This document shows, one piece after another, positions 14,946 to 33,512 of a stretch of DNA of 64,000 nucleotides. The stretch comes from the human T2T-CHM13v2.0 reference genome, Homo sapiens. The first letter of the stretch is position 1. The number at the start of each line of letters is the position of its first letter. The notes under the pieces are model-generated. The model ran no database searches, was not told the origin of the DNA, and was given only the letters and a program-made list of their open reading frames with translations. Both the position numbers and the translations under genes were made by a program. The stretch is from the NCBI RefSeq assembly GCF_009914755.1, contig NC_060928.1; one strand, 5' to 3'.

Positions 14946-16534
14946 TCAGAACCTCCGAATCAGAAGCTACGCATTAAAGTCTGGCTCTGCCACTACCCAG
15001 ACTTATCCCCAGAACAATTCACCTTGCTTTCTTAGTCTCTGTTTTCTCATCTTCTCACTGACAGAGTCAGATTAAGTGGTTTCTGAGTCCCTTAGCAGTC
15101 TAGAAACTCCAGGAGGTGAAGTCGTTGTGCTTTATTAGGGTGGGTTGCGGGGGAGCCCTGGAGACTTTAGCTGGGGCCTAATATAAAGAAGCAGGCTTGG
15201 AATAATGTGGACAAAGAAAACAATTAAAGACCTACTTGGGGAAATCTTTCAAAAAGCTGCCTAGAGAATCTCAAAGTGATTTTCAAATAACACCCAAGTA
15301 TTCCCAGGGATGCTTGGGGCAAGACAATGCTCTGCTATTTCAGCAAAGAAAATATGTACTTTCTGTGAACTTGAATACAGTCAAGGACATACATCATAAT
15401 CGTTTGCCAAACCAGCCTTGTCAGGATAAGGTACTTTCTGGGAACAATTACTTTCTGGAACAAAGCTCCATGAGGTATGCAGGAGCATGCAGTACTTTGA
15501 ATATCATCCCTATGCTAATGTTAGGTGGTTTTTCTTTTACAAGTTTTGAAAGAATTAAGTTTACATATTAGGAATATTGTGCATGGTGATGGGAGTCTTT
15601 GAAAGTCATGCAGCAAATTATGTTTTGGATATTATGGTGAATTCACCAATGTATTACAAATCTCACCTATTCACTAGTATAGTAAGGAAAAGAATATTTC
15701 TGATATGCTATGTTCCCACCGTTGATTAGCTGCTGGGACTACAAAGATGATTAAGATATGTTCCCATGAGTATATTTGTGAAGCATGTTCCCACAAGTAT
15801 ATTTGAGATATACTAGTTGGGATATAATATTCCGGTTCCCTCAAGTGTATTTGTGAAGAAAGTAGGTCTAAAGCAGCTACATTTAAATCAAAATGTAAGT
15901 AGTCACTCAAAATTTTGTATGTATTCATAAGAAGTGGAGTGATCAACCAGAAGTTTTGGGCTCTTTGATAACCACATTAGCTGCTGTTGAAATCCCAAGA
16001 AATAAAGAAAGTCACTACTCATTTTTAGCCTTGCAAGTAGTGCTTTGTGTGCTTTGAAATATAACAAGTTTTACCTACTAAGGCACAAGTTCACAAAACA
16101 TGAAATCATTAAATCAGAAGTGAGATAGGGACCATGTCACATGCTGTTAACTTGTTCTGTAGACAGTTCCTCTCTTGACTTAAATGAGGTAGGGTCCAGT
16201 CATCTCTAGTAAATGATGAACTTAAGTTTATAGGACACCAGTCCAAAGCACCTAGGCTTCAGGGGTTGAAGGCCAGTATTGCTTTCACCTTCTGGTTTAA
16301 TTCTTTAAAGATTCTGCTCGCAGATTTGAAGATCGGCTTTGGCAAAGCTGCCAGTCCTGTATTACTTGACTTTTTGCTGTTGTCTATTTGGATCATTTCT
16401 TTCCTCGAGATTTTTCTCCCTTGGACCTATGGCTTCTCCTTATTCTTCTTTACCTCTTTGATACTTTTCAATTTCCCTGATTCTTCTTCTTTTGTCTCCC
16501 ACTTCCCACCTAGACACCTGTCTTGCCTTCAAAT

Positions 16535-17062
16535 CTGTATTAGTTTTCTATTGTTGACAAATTACCACAAACATAGTGGCTGAAACAACATAAATTCATT
16601 TTTTTGGTTCTCTAGAACAACAAACTGTGAGAACAGGGCTGTGTTCCTTTCTGAAGCCTCTAGAAGAGGACCTGTTTTCGTACACACTTGGTTTTTGTTC
16701 CTTGTGATTGTAGAACTGAGATCCTTGCTTCCTAGCTGGGCATAAGCTGAAAGCCATTCCTAGCTTCTCGAGGCCAACTATATTCTGTGGCTCATGGGCC
16801 CCTTCCTCACATCTCTTGCAAACAATTAAAATATCTCCTTCTTCTTCCGTCTCATTTCCATTTGAACATACCTGGGAAACTGGGAAAATGTATGTGATTA
16901 TACTGGACCCATCTGGAAAATCCAGTTTACTCTCCTCATTTTTTAAGCTCCATCACCATATTCACATCTTCGAAGTCTTTTTTGCCAGGAAAGCGACATA
17001 CTTACAGGTTTAGGGCATTAGAGCATAGAAATATTTGGGGGAACTGTTATTCTGCCCTTCAC
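16535..17062 (-). mobile_element. MLT1 solo LTR
   Basis: tgtattagttttcta...acaaattaccacaaacatagtggctgaaacaaca...ttattctgcccttcaca. Confidence 0.75.
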
Positions 17063-17376
17063 AGAGTCCAAATTCTAACTTGCTATCAGATTCTGGAGAC
17101 TATAGCTCCTTCCTGCTTTCATATCAGATGTCTACTGAGTACGTCAAAGTCTGTAGCTTCTAGTAAACAACTTCAGGCATCAGCTGGATGTGTTTGCTTT
17201 GTTACATCTCCCCAAATCACTCTGAGTCTAATCAAGTCCTTCTTCTGCCAGAAAACTTTCAGTGGCTTCTGTTGCCCACAGGATAAATTATAAAATCTTT
17301 ATCAATGCCTAAAGATGCTCTGATTTGTCTTTTCCCTATTCTTTCTTTTTTATTATTTTAAGTTTTATTCTGACAC

Positions 17377-17985
17377 ATAAAAAACAAAATATAACAAATG
17401 TTGGCAAGGATGTGGAGAGAGGGGAACACTTATACACTGTGGATGGGGGATATGGGTTTGTCCCCACCCAAATCTCATGTCAAATTGGAGAAGAGGCCTG
17501 GTGGGAGGTGATTGGATCATAGGGTCAAATTTCTTCCTTGCTGTTATAGTGATAGTCAGTGAGTTCTCATGAGATCTGATGGTTTAAAAGTGTGTGACAC
17601 TTCCCTCTTTGCTCTCTATCTCTCATATTCTGCCATGATAAGCTGTGCTTGCTTCCCCTTTGCCTTCCACCATGATTCTAAGTTTCCTGAGGCCTCCCAA
17701 TCATGCTTCCTGTTAAGCCTGTGGATCTATGAGTCAATTAAACCTCTTTTCTTCATAAATGACCCAGTCTCAAGTAGCTCCTTATAGCAGTGTGAGAACA
17801 AAATGGTGGGAATGTAAATTAGTATAGCCACTGTGGACAATATAGAGGTTCCTTAAAAAATTAAAAATAGAATTACCATATGATCCAACAATCCCACTAC
17901 TGGGCGTATATCCAAAGGAAATGAAATCAGTATGTTAAAGAGATATCTGCACTCCCATGTTTATTGCAGCACTATTTCCTATAGC
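17377..17985 (+). mobile_element. Old L1 (L1PB/L1MA-like) 3' fragment interrupted by MST LTR
   Basis: ataacaaatgttggcaaggatgtggag...atctgcactcccatgtttattgcagcactatt. Confidence 0.8.
17448..17804 (+). mobile_element. MSTA-like solo LTR
   Basis: tgtccccacccaaatctcatgtc...ttgccttccaccatgattctaagtttcctgaggcctccc...cttatagcagtgtgagaac. Confidence 0.85.
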
Positions 17986-19427
17986 CTATTCTATCTTCCT
18001 TCTCCCACATTATTGATCTGGGTTTTGTCATGTCTCAGTGACTTGATTTACATTTCCCCTTCAGTCTGGAACATTGTCTCTCCTTCAATTGCTTTATGAG
18101 TGTCTTTCATGTTAAGAGCTCTATGAACTGACTTCTCCCTTGTTTTTGCTGACATCTCTATACCAACGATCTCTCATAGTCCCAACAAAGACTTCTACCA
18201 TAACGTTGTTTGTACTCTATTATCCTTACTTTCTTTTCCCTGTCTCACTATTTATGTGCAAACTCATGGAGTATAAGGATACAAAGTCACTCACTTTTGT
18301 ATTCCGACTGTCTGGGAGAGTGCCTGGAAAATATCTGATGTTTAATATGTATTTTTGAATAAATGCACAAATAAGTGAATGAATACAAATAATTTATCCC
18401 TTGAGGAGCTAAATTTTTTTTGTAAAAATCAATTAAAGAGTATTTGTTTGTAATATACAGTTTACTAAACACTTATATCCACTAATTTTCTGATGTGTGT
18501 ATAAAAATTGGGTCATCACTTTTATGAACCATAGGCAAGACAATACATTGAACTGTACTTTCTTCCAAATGCCTGAGGTTTGAAGATAGAAGGTGTTCGA
18601 TAGATGGCTACAGAATTGAATTTCTGCACTACTTCTCTGGCAGGAAAGACATGTTGGCGGCTGCTGAAATCATGGAACTATGCCTTTCCTGCACTGTCAT
18701 TATTCTAAGGATGTAGTCAGCTGGGTTTAGAGAGCTGGATTCTTGAAACATGAAAAACCATGGCTGCCAAAATTTGAGGGGCAAGTAATACCAGGGTCCA
18801 TTAAGCCAGTGTGAGTCAAGGAAAGAGTTGGTTTTCCATCATGCAACAATGTGGCCCTGAACATAGAACATTTCTCTCTTTGCAAGACCCACTGTCATAG
18901 AGACATCTGGGCAACCTCCTTTAGAACACGGAGACACTTCAAATCAGTTTCATGACTGTGAAATAAGAAGCAGGTCTGGCAGGAGAATACTCCCAGATGG
19001 ATTAGTATTTAGGATATTTAAGTTGAAATGAAAGAAGAGCATTCTATACATGTAATTTAGGCTCAAAGATGACATTTTAAAGGTGTGGAAGAGCAAATGT
19101 TTAATTCTTGGGTTCCAATCCTGCCTCAGTGAACAGTTGGTTATAGATGTGAGTTTAAAGGTACATGCTATTGTTTGAAGACTGTTTTTTTGTTTTTTTT
19201 TTTTAATGTTTTTTTTTTTTTAGTTATACTTTAAGTTTTAGGGTACATGTGCACATTGTGCAGGTTAGTTACATATGTATACATGTGCCATGCTGGTGCG
19301 CTGCACCCACTAACGTGTCATCTAGCATTAGGTATATCTCCCAATGCTATCCCTCCCCCCTCCCCTGACCCCACCACAGTCCCCAGAGTGTGATATTCCC
19401 CTTCCTGTGTCCATGTGATCTCATTGT

Positions 19428-23281
<3,854 letters not shown>

Positions 23282-23317
23282 TTAGTTGATGCAGTTTCTT
23301 CCTAGTCTCGATGGTCT

Positions 23318-24334
23318 TTACATTTTGGCATGATTTTGCAGCGGCTGGTACCAGTTGTTCCTTTCCATGTTTAGCACTTCCTTCAGGAGCTCTTTTAGGG
23401 CAGGCCTGGTGGTGACAAAATCTCTCAGCATTTGCTTGTCTATAAAGTATTTTATTTCTCCTTCACTTATGAAGCTTAGTTTGGCTGGATATGAAATTCT
23501 GGGTTGAAAATTCTTTTCTTTAAGAATGTTGAATATTGGCCCCCACTCTCTTCTGGCTTGTAGGGTTTCTGCCGAGAGATCCGCTGTTAGTCTGAAGGGC
23601 TTTCCTTTGAGGGTAACCCGACCTTTCTCTCTGGCTGCCCTTAACATTTTTTCCTTCATTTCAACTTTGGTGAATCTGACAATTATGTGTCTTGGAGTTG
23701 CTCTTCTCGAGGAGTATCTTTGTGGCGTTCTCTGTATTTCCTGAATCTGAACGTTGGCCTGCCTTGCTAGATTGGGGAAGTTCTCCTGGATAATATCCTG
23801 CAGAGTGTTTTCCAACTTGGTTCCATTCTCCACATCACTTTCAGGTACACCAATCAGACGTAGATTTGGTCTTTTCACATAGTCCCATATTTCTTGGAGG
23901 CTTTGCTCATTTCTTTTTATTCTTTTTTCTCTAAACTTCCCTTCTCGCTTCATTTCATTCATTTCATCTTCCATTGCTGATACCCTTTCTTCCAGTTGAT
24001 CGCATCGGCTCCTGAGGCTTCTGCATTCTTCACATAGTTCTCGAGCCTTGGTTTTCAGCTCCATCAGCTCCTTTAAGCACTTCTCTGTATTGGTTATTCT
24101 AGTTATACATTCTTCTAAATTTTTTTCAAAGTTTTCAACTTCTTTGCCTTTGGTTTGAATGTCCTCCCGTAGCTCAGAGTAATTTGATCGTCTGAAGCCT
24201 TCTTCTCTCAGCTCGTCAAAATCATTCTCCATCCAGCTTTGTTCCGTTGCTGGTGAGGAACTGCGTTCCTTTGGAGGAGGAGAGGTGCTCTGCGTTTTAG
24301 AGTTTCCAGTTTTTCTGTTCTGTTTTTTCCCCAT
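23318..24334 (-). CDS. ORF1: L1 ORF1p RNA-binding/nucleic acid chaperone, intact 338 aa
   Basis: MGKKQNRKTGNSK...QNHAKM; REKG, ARR and YPAKLS motifs retained. Confidence 0.97.
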   Translation of the reverse strand: MGKKQNRKTGNSKTQSTSPPPKERSSSPATEQSWMENDFDELREEGFRRSNYSELREDIQTKGKEVENFEKNLEECITRITNTEKCLKELMELKTKARELCEECRSLRSRCDQLEERVSAMEDEMNEMKREGKFREKRIKRNEQSLQEIWDYVKRPNLRLIGVPESDVENGTKLENTLQDIIQENFPNLARQANVQIQEIQRTPQRYSSRRATPRHIIVRFTKVEMKEKMLRAAREKGRVTLKGKPFRLTADLSAETLQARREWGPIFNILKEKNFQPRISYPAKLSFISEGEIKYFIDKQMLRDFVTTRPALKELLKEVLNMERNNWYQPLQNHAKM

Positions 24335-25240
24335 CTTTGTGGTTTTATCTACTTTTGGTCTTTGATGATGGTGATGTACAGATGGGTTTTCGGTGTAGAT
24401 GTCCTTTCTGGTTGTTAGTTTTCCTTCTAACAGACAGGACCCTCAGCTGCAGGTCTGTTGGAATACACTGCCGTGTGAGGTGTCAGTGTGCCCCTGCTGG
24501 GGGGTGCCTCCCAGTTAGGCTGCTCGGGGGTCAGGGGTCAGGGACCCACTTGAGGAGGCAGTCTGCCCGTTCTCAGATCTCCAGCTGCGTGCTGGGAGAA
24601 CCACTGCTCTCTTCAAAGCTGTCAGACAGGGACACTTAAGTCTGCAGAGGTTACTGCTGTCTTTTTGTTTGTCTGTGCCCTGCCCCCAGAGGTGGAGCCT
24701 ACAGAGGCAGGCAGGCCTCCTTGAGCTATGGTGGGCTCCACCCAGTTCAAGCTTCCCGGCTGCTTTGTCTACCTAAGCAAGCCTGGGCAATGGCGGGCGC
24801 CCCTCCCCCAGCCTCGTTGCCGCCTTGCAGTTTGATCTCAGACTGCTGTGCTAGAAATCAGCGAGATTCCGTGGGCGTAGGACCCTCTGAGCCAGGTGTG
24901 GGATATAGTCTCGTGGTGCGCCGTTTTTTAAGCCGGTCTGAAAAGCGCAATATTCGGGTGGGAGTGACCCGATTTTCCAGGTGCGTCCGTCACCCCTTTC
25001 TTTGACTCGGAAAGGGAACTCCCTGACCCCTTGCGCTTCCCAGGTGAGGCAATGCCTCGCCCTGCTTCGGCTCGCGCACGGTGCGCGCACACACTGGCCT
25101 GCGCCCACTGTCTGGCACTCCCTAGTGAGATGAACCCGGTACCTCAGATGGAAATGCAGAAATCACCCGTCTTCTGCGTCGCTCACGCTGGGAGCTGTAG
25201 ACCGGAGCTGTTCCTATTCGGCCATCTTGGCTCCTCCCCC
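24335..25240 (-). promoter_or_regulatory. L1 5'UTR: CpG-rich internal sense promoter with YY1 site, plus antisense promoter
   Basis: CAAGATGGCC YY1 motif at ~25220-25229; dense CpGs ~24790-25240; established function of the young L1 5'UTR. Confidence 0.9.
24790..25005 (+). CDS. ORF0: L1 ORF0 (antisense, primate-specific), intact 71 aa
   Basis: MAGAPPPASLPPCSLISDCCARNQRDSVGVGPSEPGVGYSLVVRRFLSRSEKRNIRVGVTRFSRCVRHPFL; ATG at 24790. Confidence 0.9.
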   Translation: MAGAPPPASLPPCSLISDCCARNQRDSVGVGPSEPGVGYSLVVRRFLSRSEKRNIRVGVTRFSRCVRHPFL

Positions 25241-25844
25241 GAAGACTGTTTTACCAATTGTAAAATAAAAATATTTATTACATGGTTTTTGATGCCCTGT
25301 CAAATTGTGGTTTGGTAAAAAGAGAGATGGTCTGAACACAATAACGGGTTTGAAGCACAGCCTGAAGCAATGAAAGAATACTCTTACTCACTCTTCGCTT
25401 TTATTCTCTCACTTTACCACCTGCGTGAGAAGGCAAGATACTTGCTTTCAGCTTCCTCTTCATACACAGGTGTGCAATGTTGAATCAGGAGGGTGGAAAT
25501 GCATATTCACAGCAGGGGTGAGCACATGGAGTGGGTGTGTTAGCTGAGTGGCTTGGACTTCCAACAGAGAGACTGGCAGGAATGGTGGTGAATCAGCCTT
25601 CTGGAAATAGCCCCAGATCATCGAGGATCAGAAAGACCTCCCTTCCTCTTTCACAAAATGTGAAAAGGGTGTGACCAAAATATATTTCAGAAGCTAAAAA
25701 CAAATCAAAACAAAATAAAAAACAAGCTTTCTTACTAGCAGCAAGGGAGCAGAATAGATATCAAGGTTTAGAATTGAAAGACAAAATTGAAGATCTGTTC
25801 TCACTGAATTACTTAGGCAAATTGAGATTTTCGTGCTCTCCATT

Positions 25845-26570
25845 TTCTTTTTCTTTTTTTTTTTTTTGTTCATCAACATTTATTTTAAGTTCTGGGGTAC
25901 ATGTGCAGGATGTGCAGGATTACTACGTTGGTAAATGCGTGACATGGTGGTTTGCTGGATAGATCAACCCACGACCCAGGTATTAAGCCCAGCATGCATT
26001 AGCTATTCTTCCTGATGCTCTCCCTCTGCCTGCCCCACCTGACAGGCCCCAGTGTGTGTTGTTTCCCCCCATGCATCCATGTGTTCTCATTATTCAGCTC
26101 CCACTTATAAGTGAGAACATGTGGTGTTTGATTTTCTGTTCCTGCATTAGTTTTCTCAGGGTAATAGCTTCCAACTCCATCCATGTCCCTGCAAATGACA
26201 TGATCTCATTTCTTTTTATGGCTGCATAGTATTCCATGGTGTATATGCACCATATTTTCTTTATCTAGTGTATCATTGATGTGCATTTGGGTTTATTCCA
26301 TGTCTTTGCTATTGTGAGTAGTGCTGCAATGAACATACATATGGGTGTATCTTTGCAATAGAATGATTTACATTCCTTTGGGTATGTATTCAAGGCTTAG
26401 AATTGAAAGACAGAATTGAAAGCAATGGGATTGCTGCATCAAATGGTATTTTGACTTCTAGATCTTTGAGGAATCGCCACACAGTCTTCCACAATGGTTG
26501 AACTAATTTACATTCCCACCAACAGTGTAAAATCATACCATTTTCTCCACACCCTCGCCAGCATCTGTTG
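25845..26570 (-). mobile_element. 5'-truncated L1PA (PA8-11-like) 3' end
   Basis: Poly-T then ttttaagttctggggtacatgtgcaggatgtgcagg...cacattcccaccaacagtgtaaaa. Confidence 0.9.
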
Positions 26571-26704
26571 TCTTGCTTGATGAAGTGCCTGATCTGGTCC
26601 AGTTTGGTTTGAAAGGAGTACCTAAATGTTTGGGTGACTGGAACGGTGTTTTGTCCATGTCCATAATAAATTCTACTCCTGAACTCAAGTTCTCAAACAA
26701 CTGT

Positions 26705-27870
<1,166 letters not shown>

Positions 27871-29274
27871 GACCTTTTTGAAAGGATGATTCCCAGGTGA
27901 TTTTAAAAGGATGTTTCCTTTGGGAAAACAAGTGAGGCAGAGCAGAATAAAATGAGAAGAGCTGTGAGTAGGCAGCTTGAGAGAGGACACAGGTAAAGAG
28001 GTGGAAACCATTATTATTAGAAGAAGATAACATTTTTCTTCTATAGTTTTTAATTCAACAAAAGAAACCCGATGAGTGACTTTCTTCTTTTGTTGGTGCA
28101 GAATGGAAACAGGAAAAAAGAGACTCAAAGTGGTGATAATATTGCCTTTCAAAAGGAAGCCTAGCCAAGGCTTTGCTCCAGGTGTGTGCTTTCTCTGCTA
28201 ATTTAAATGATCTGTGTCAGGGTCCTCTTATTGGAGCAGATAATTGAGAGCTAAGTGGATTCATGAGATCTTGATGTTAAGCTGCGTCAATTCTACAACC
28301 ATATCTTTGATAGGAAAAGGAGTAAAAAGACCCTTGATAAACAAAATGATGTGATTTAATAATGTTCTTGGAGTGAGTACTGCATTTTCTCTGGTCAACC
28401 TTTGTCCTTGACATAGGTGCTTTTGACTTTCATGGCTACATAAAGTCCTCATTTACTGAAAAGTTTGGGTGTATTGGAAGGTATTACTAGGGAGTCACTG
28501 CTCTTCTCTAAGACAACTCAGCCATTCTAGCCTTACAGATAAGAATAGTTTCTATCATTCAATGGCCCCCTCTTCCCCATCCCTGTGGTCTCTCAAGCAG
28601 AGAAAGAATTGAATTCTATCTGCCAATTGAAAAAGGTGTTACTCACTGTAACCCAAAGCACTAAGGTTACTTATGTTTCCAACACCAGTTAAAAGCTTCA
28701 AGAACAGCAGAGAATGATTATTATTGTGTTTCTCTCTGCTTGGGCTGAAGATAATGAGCCCTTTCCTGCTGCCCTTTCCCATGCATAATGCCGATTGATG
28801 TCAACGAGAGGCTCATGGTGTGCAGGGGCCGTTAGATCACATGTATCATCTTGAAAATAATAAGGACAAAGGGACGCCCTTTTTTTCTTAAACTTGGCAA
28901 AGAGAGTCTCTATAGTTCCAACCCTCTCTAGATGGTCCCAATTAAGAAGAAATAATTTTCCTAGAGTAGAGTGGCTGCCACTGTTTCAAGGTGAGCTTTT
29001 CATGAAGAAAGCAGAGAACAGTTCCCGAGACTGTTTCAGGTTCCCAAAATCACTTCTCCTAGGAGACATGATTAGGAGGTGTTAGCAGTCCCCTCAGAGA
29101 TTGATCAAAAACATGTAACTTCTATATATTGGAAGGGAAATGAGGAAAGTTAAAAGAAGAAAGCAATAAGAAAACATTCTTTCTCAATTAGAGGAAGAGA
29201 AATGCTTTAGAAATTACTTAACTCCTATGGGCTTTGTATTCCCTCTTTTGTAATGAGGGTTTAGGTTCAAATTA

Positions 29275-29445
29275 GTATTTCCTAAACTTAGTTCATCATT
29301 AGTATAACTTGAGGAACTTGTTTAAAAAGAAAAAGGAGAGGTATATGGTTTTCTCCCTGAGAGATTCTGATTTAGCAGTTCTGCGGTGAGTCTAGGAATC
29401 TTCATTTTACACAGTTCTTTTCATAATCATGCATGTTTGGAAAAT
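29275..29445. mobile_element. MER5-like hAT fragment
   Basis: gagattctgatttagcagttctgcggtgagtctaggaatcttcattttac. Confidence 0.55.
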
Positions 29446-29789
29446 GTAGATTTCTAGTGTTCTGAACATGAGATTTCTCTGTTCTTTTAGTGTTATTCAT
29501 GTGTTAACACTATGGACTGGCCCAGTCTAGCTAATGACTGGGCAGATGAAGAGAGGTCATGCCCTGGAGCCACGGCTAGTTACTCTCTCAGCTGGGCATT
29601 AGGAGGACAAGTTTCAAAGGATGAGAAAATGTCTAATCTGGCCAACAGGACATAATATGAAACATTATAGCCACAGGTAGAAGACACTGGTTCTAGCAAG
29701 GTAATGGAGCTTTCCAGAGAGTTAGGTAGAGAGGCCCTACACAAAATAACTCCTGGCTATCTCTGTTATCTCATCTGATGAATTTTCCC

Positions 29790-30510
<721 letters not shown>

Positions 30511-30849
30511 GAGGAATGCAGGTTTAGGAATAACTGTAGAAATGGAAATGGTGAGATTTCCTAGGAATTTTTTTTTTTCAGGATTCAAAAGGAAGCATTC
30601 AAGGGATAGAGTTTACTTGCAATTTCTCTCTTGGGTTTTAGAACTTTGGGGGAATCCAACGGTAGTGGCAGATAATTGTTTTCATAGGAAATTGGGACCC
30701 CAAGTGCTCCAGCTACAGGCTCTTGGAATTCCTTTCTGGATCTATCTATTTCTTTACAACCCATCCAAATGGAGTGGCTATGCCAAGTAAGTCCTGTCTA
30801 ATTGTGTTGTCTTATCCTTCCAATATAGCTCCAAGGAAAAATAATGGCA

Positions 30850-31050
30850 ACAGGCAACATTTATGGAGTACTCATTATGTCCTAAACACTTAATTAGTAC
30901 TCACAATAATCCCATGAGATAGGTGCAAGTTATTCTTGTCCTTTTTTTGCAGACAAGGGAACTGAGGCACAGAGAGATTAAAGTCAAAGCACTTGCATAA
31001 GGTCACATAACTGGGAAGTAGCAGAGCTGTGATTTGAACCAGAGTCCATA
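30850..31050 (-). mobile_element. MIR SINE
   Basis: ttgcagacaagggaactgaggcacagagagattaaag...cttgcataaggtcaca...gatttgaaccag. Confidence 0.8.
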
Positions 31051-33031
31051 ATATTAATAGTAACCGTTGTGCTACATTTGCATCTCTTGGAGAAGTGGCT
31101 CTTATACTTGTTCATGAGGTAGTAAATACACTTGAGCATCACTTGAAAAATACTGTAACTATTGACATATTTGATTTTTATATAAATCAAGGAACATGGT
31201 TTCAAGCAACAGAAACCAAGTCTGGTTTAAAAACAGAAAAATAATTTACTAATATACAGAGTAGCTCCCACAATCTTCTGGACAGGTGGAGAATTAAGCT
31301 TGTAGGCTCTACAGACAGGCACAATGCTTGAGTTATGCCCTGGAACAAAAAGACCTGCTGGGCACTGCTGCTGAGTGCTGCTCTCGGGCATAAACATCCA
31401 AGCTGGCACTGCCAGTTCTCAGATATTGCACACTAGGCATTACAGACAGAACCATTGTTGCCCCAGCTGTCTCTGCAAGATGGATCTCTACAAGATGGTC
31501 ACTCCTGGCACCTTCACCAGAAAGGATTCTGCATAGGCCTTGCTTCTTTGTATTTCTAGGAGTCTGGGATGTTGCATTTGAAGGTGAAGCTCAGGGCACA
31601 TGCTTATATCCTGGTTTCAAAGGAAACTGAGAAAGTGAGAATTTAGCATTTTCAAATTCTATGGGTACACATTTGCCCTTCTTTTACCTTCTCAGTAAAA
31701 GAATCCCTTTCCTTCACCTTCTGAATTTGGGGTGCCAGAAGACAAAAGAAAGAGATTTTCTTACTAGATAGCTAAAAAGAATGATACATGGTTACCGAAA
31801 TCTGTATATTAGCAGAAAGTATGACTACACTGTATATAATGTGATGGAAAATTATAACATCCAATAAACACGAGTGCAGATAGAGAACACCATCAAACTG
31901 TACACGATGAGATATTTTGTCAGGGAGCAACTGAGAGCTAGCAATTTTTCAGATTTGAGATTCTCCTACTCATAGATTTATTTTTCTTTTATCAATTAAG
32001 CAATGATAATCAAGATTTCATTTTCTCAGTTAATCACCTGGGTTTGGCTTTCAATTCTAGGAGGACAGGAGAAGACAAAGGGAAAGGGGAGAAGGAGTAA
32101 GTACCATTAAGATGGAGAGAAGCAGAAGGGAAGTAAGTCTTTCTAATGAGAAAGCTCATCAAAATAATTATCCTGTGGTCTCATAGGTTGCCTATATCTG
32201 AGTTCAATCTACAGATGAGTTGTACTTGGTTTGCATAAAGCGACATTAAAATAAATATGGATATTTATTATAAAAATCTGGATTTCTGTTTTTTTCTGGA
32301 AAAATCAGAACTGTCTTCCCTGGACATGCTTTGTGTAGGACTTCCCTACATGCTTACGCGGGAACTGAGCAACACTAAAAGGTTGGGGCTGAGTAGCTTC
32401 TTCCCTGTTTGGACAGGACCACAGTCTCCACTCCTCCCCATTGTCTCCCCGTAACTGAGGTTGTATGTTAGCCACTACATATCATTATGCTTGTATAATT
32501 TTTTGTCTTATATCAGAGAAACATTTCTCTACTTATCTCTCTATCAAAATTTGAAAAATAAGTGTTAGATTTTAGACTAAGTGTGTGTTTTAAGGAAAAT
32601 GAGAGAAAGCATATTTCTTTGTGCAGTTAAGAGTATTTCTCCATTCTTAACAGTGTATTAGTCAAAAATTCAAAGTAAGATGCCTAGGTGAAATAAACCT
32701 TAATGAGAATTATAAAAATTATGTGGAAGAGATGCATAATGAAAAGGGTAATGATTTTTTAAAAGTGGGGACGAAAATTTCAATATAAGTTTTTTTTTTA
32801 AGTGAAGAAAATAAGTAGATCAGCTTACACTAAGCAGTCCATCTCACTCACCAATGTTTCCTTTTCAGCCTCTGTAGGCAAATGAGTTTATTACTGGTCT
32901 TTTCAACTGGAGGCTTTTTAATCCCTGAGATATTTATCTAGATGGTTCTATCCCAGAGGAGAAGGGCAAGGAAGAAATTTTACTTTTTTTTTTACAATAA
33001 TGATGCTTCTTTCTCCTCAAACTGCCACTGA

Positions 33032-33512
33032 CCGGTTTTGTGTGTTGAATTGTGTCCCCTAAAAGATATGTTAAAGTCCTAACCCCCAGTACCAGTGAGT
33101 GTGATCTTATTTGAAAAACAAGGCCCTTGCAAATGTAATTAAAATGAGGTCACACTCAATTAGGGTGGACCCTGACCCAATAGGACTGATGTCTTTATAA
33201 GAAGAGAAGAGACACAGAGAAAGACATACGCTGCGTGATGAGACACAGGAGAGAACTCCATTCGAAGATGGAAACAGAAAATAGAGTAATGAATCTACAA
33301 GCCAAGGGGTGCCAAAGATTGCCAGCAACCTTCAGAAGCTAGGAGAGAAACATGGGACAGATTTTTTCCCAGAGCTTCTGGTAGGAACCAACTGCGCTGA
33401 CTCCTTGATTTTGAACTTCTGGCCTCCACAACTGTGAGAGAATCAGTGTCCGCCGTTTCAAGCTACCCAGTTTCTGGCAATTTGTTATGGCAACCCTAGG
33501 AAACGAGTGCAG
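33032..33512 (+). mobile_element. MLT1B/C solo LTR
   Basis: gttgaattgtgtcccctaaaagatatgttaaagtcctaacccccagtacc...tttgttatggcaaccctaggaaacgagtgca. Confidence 0.88.
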
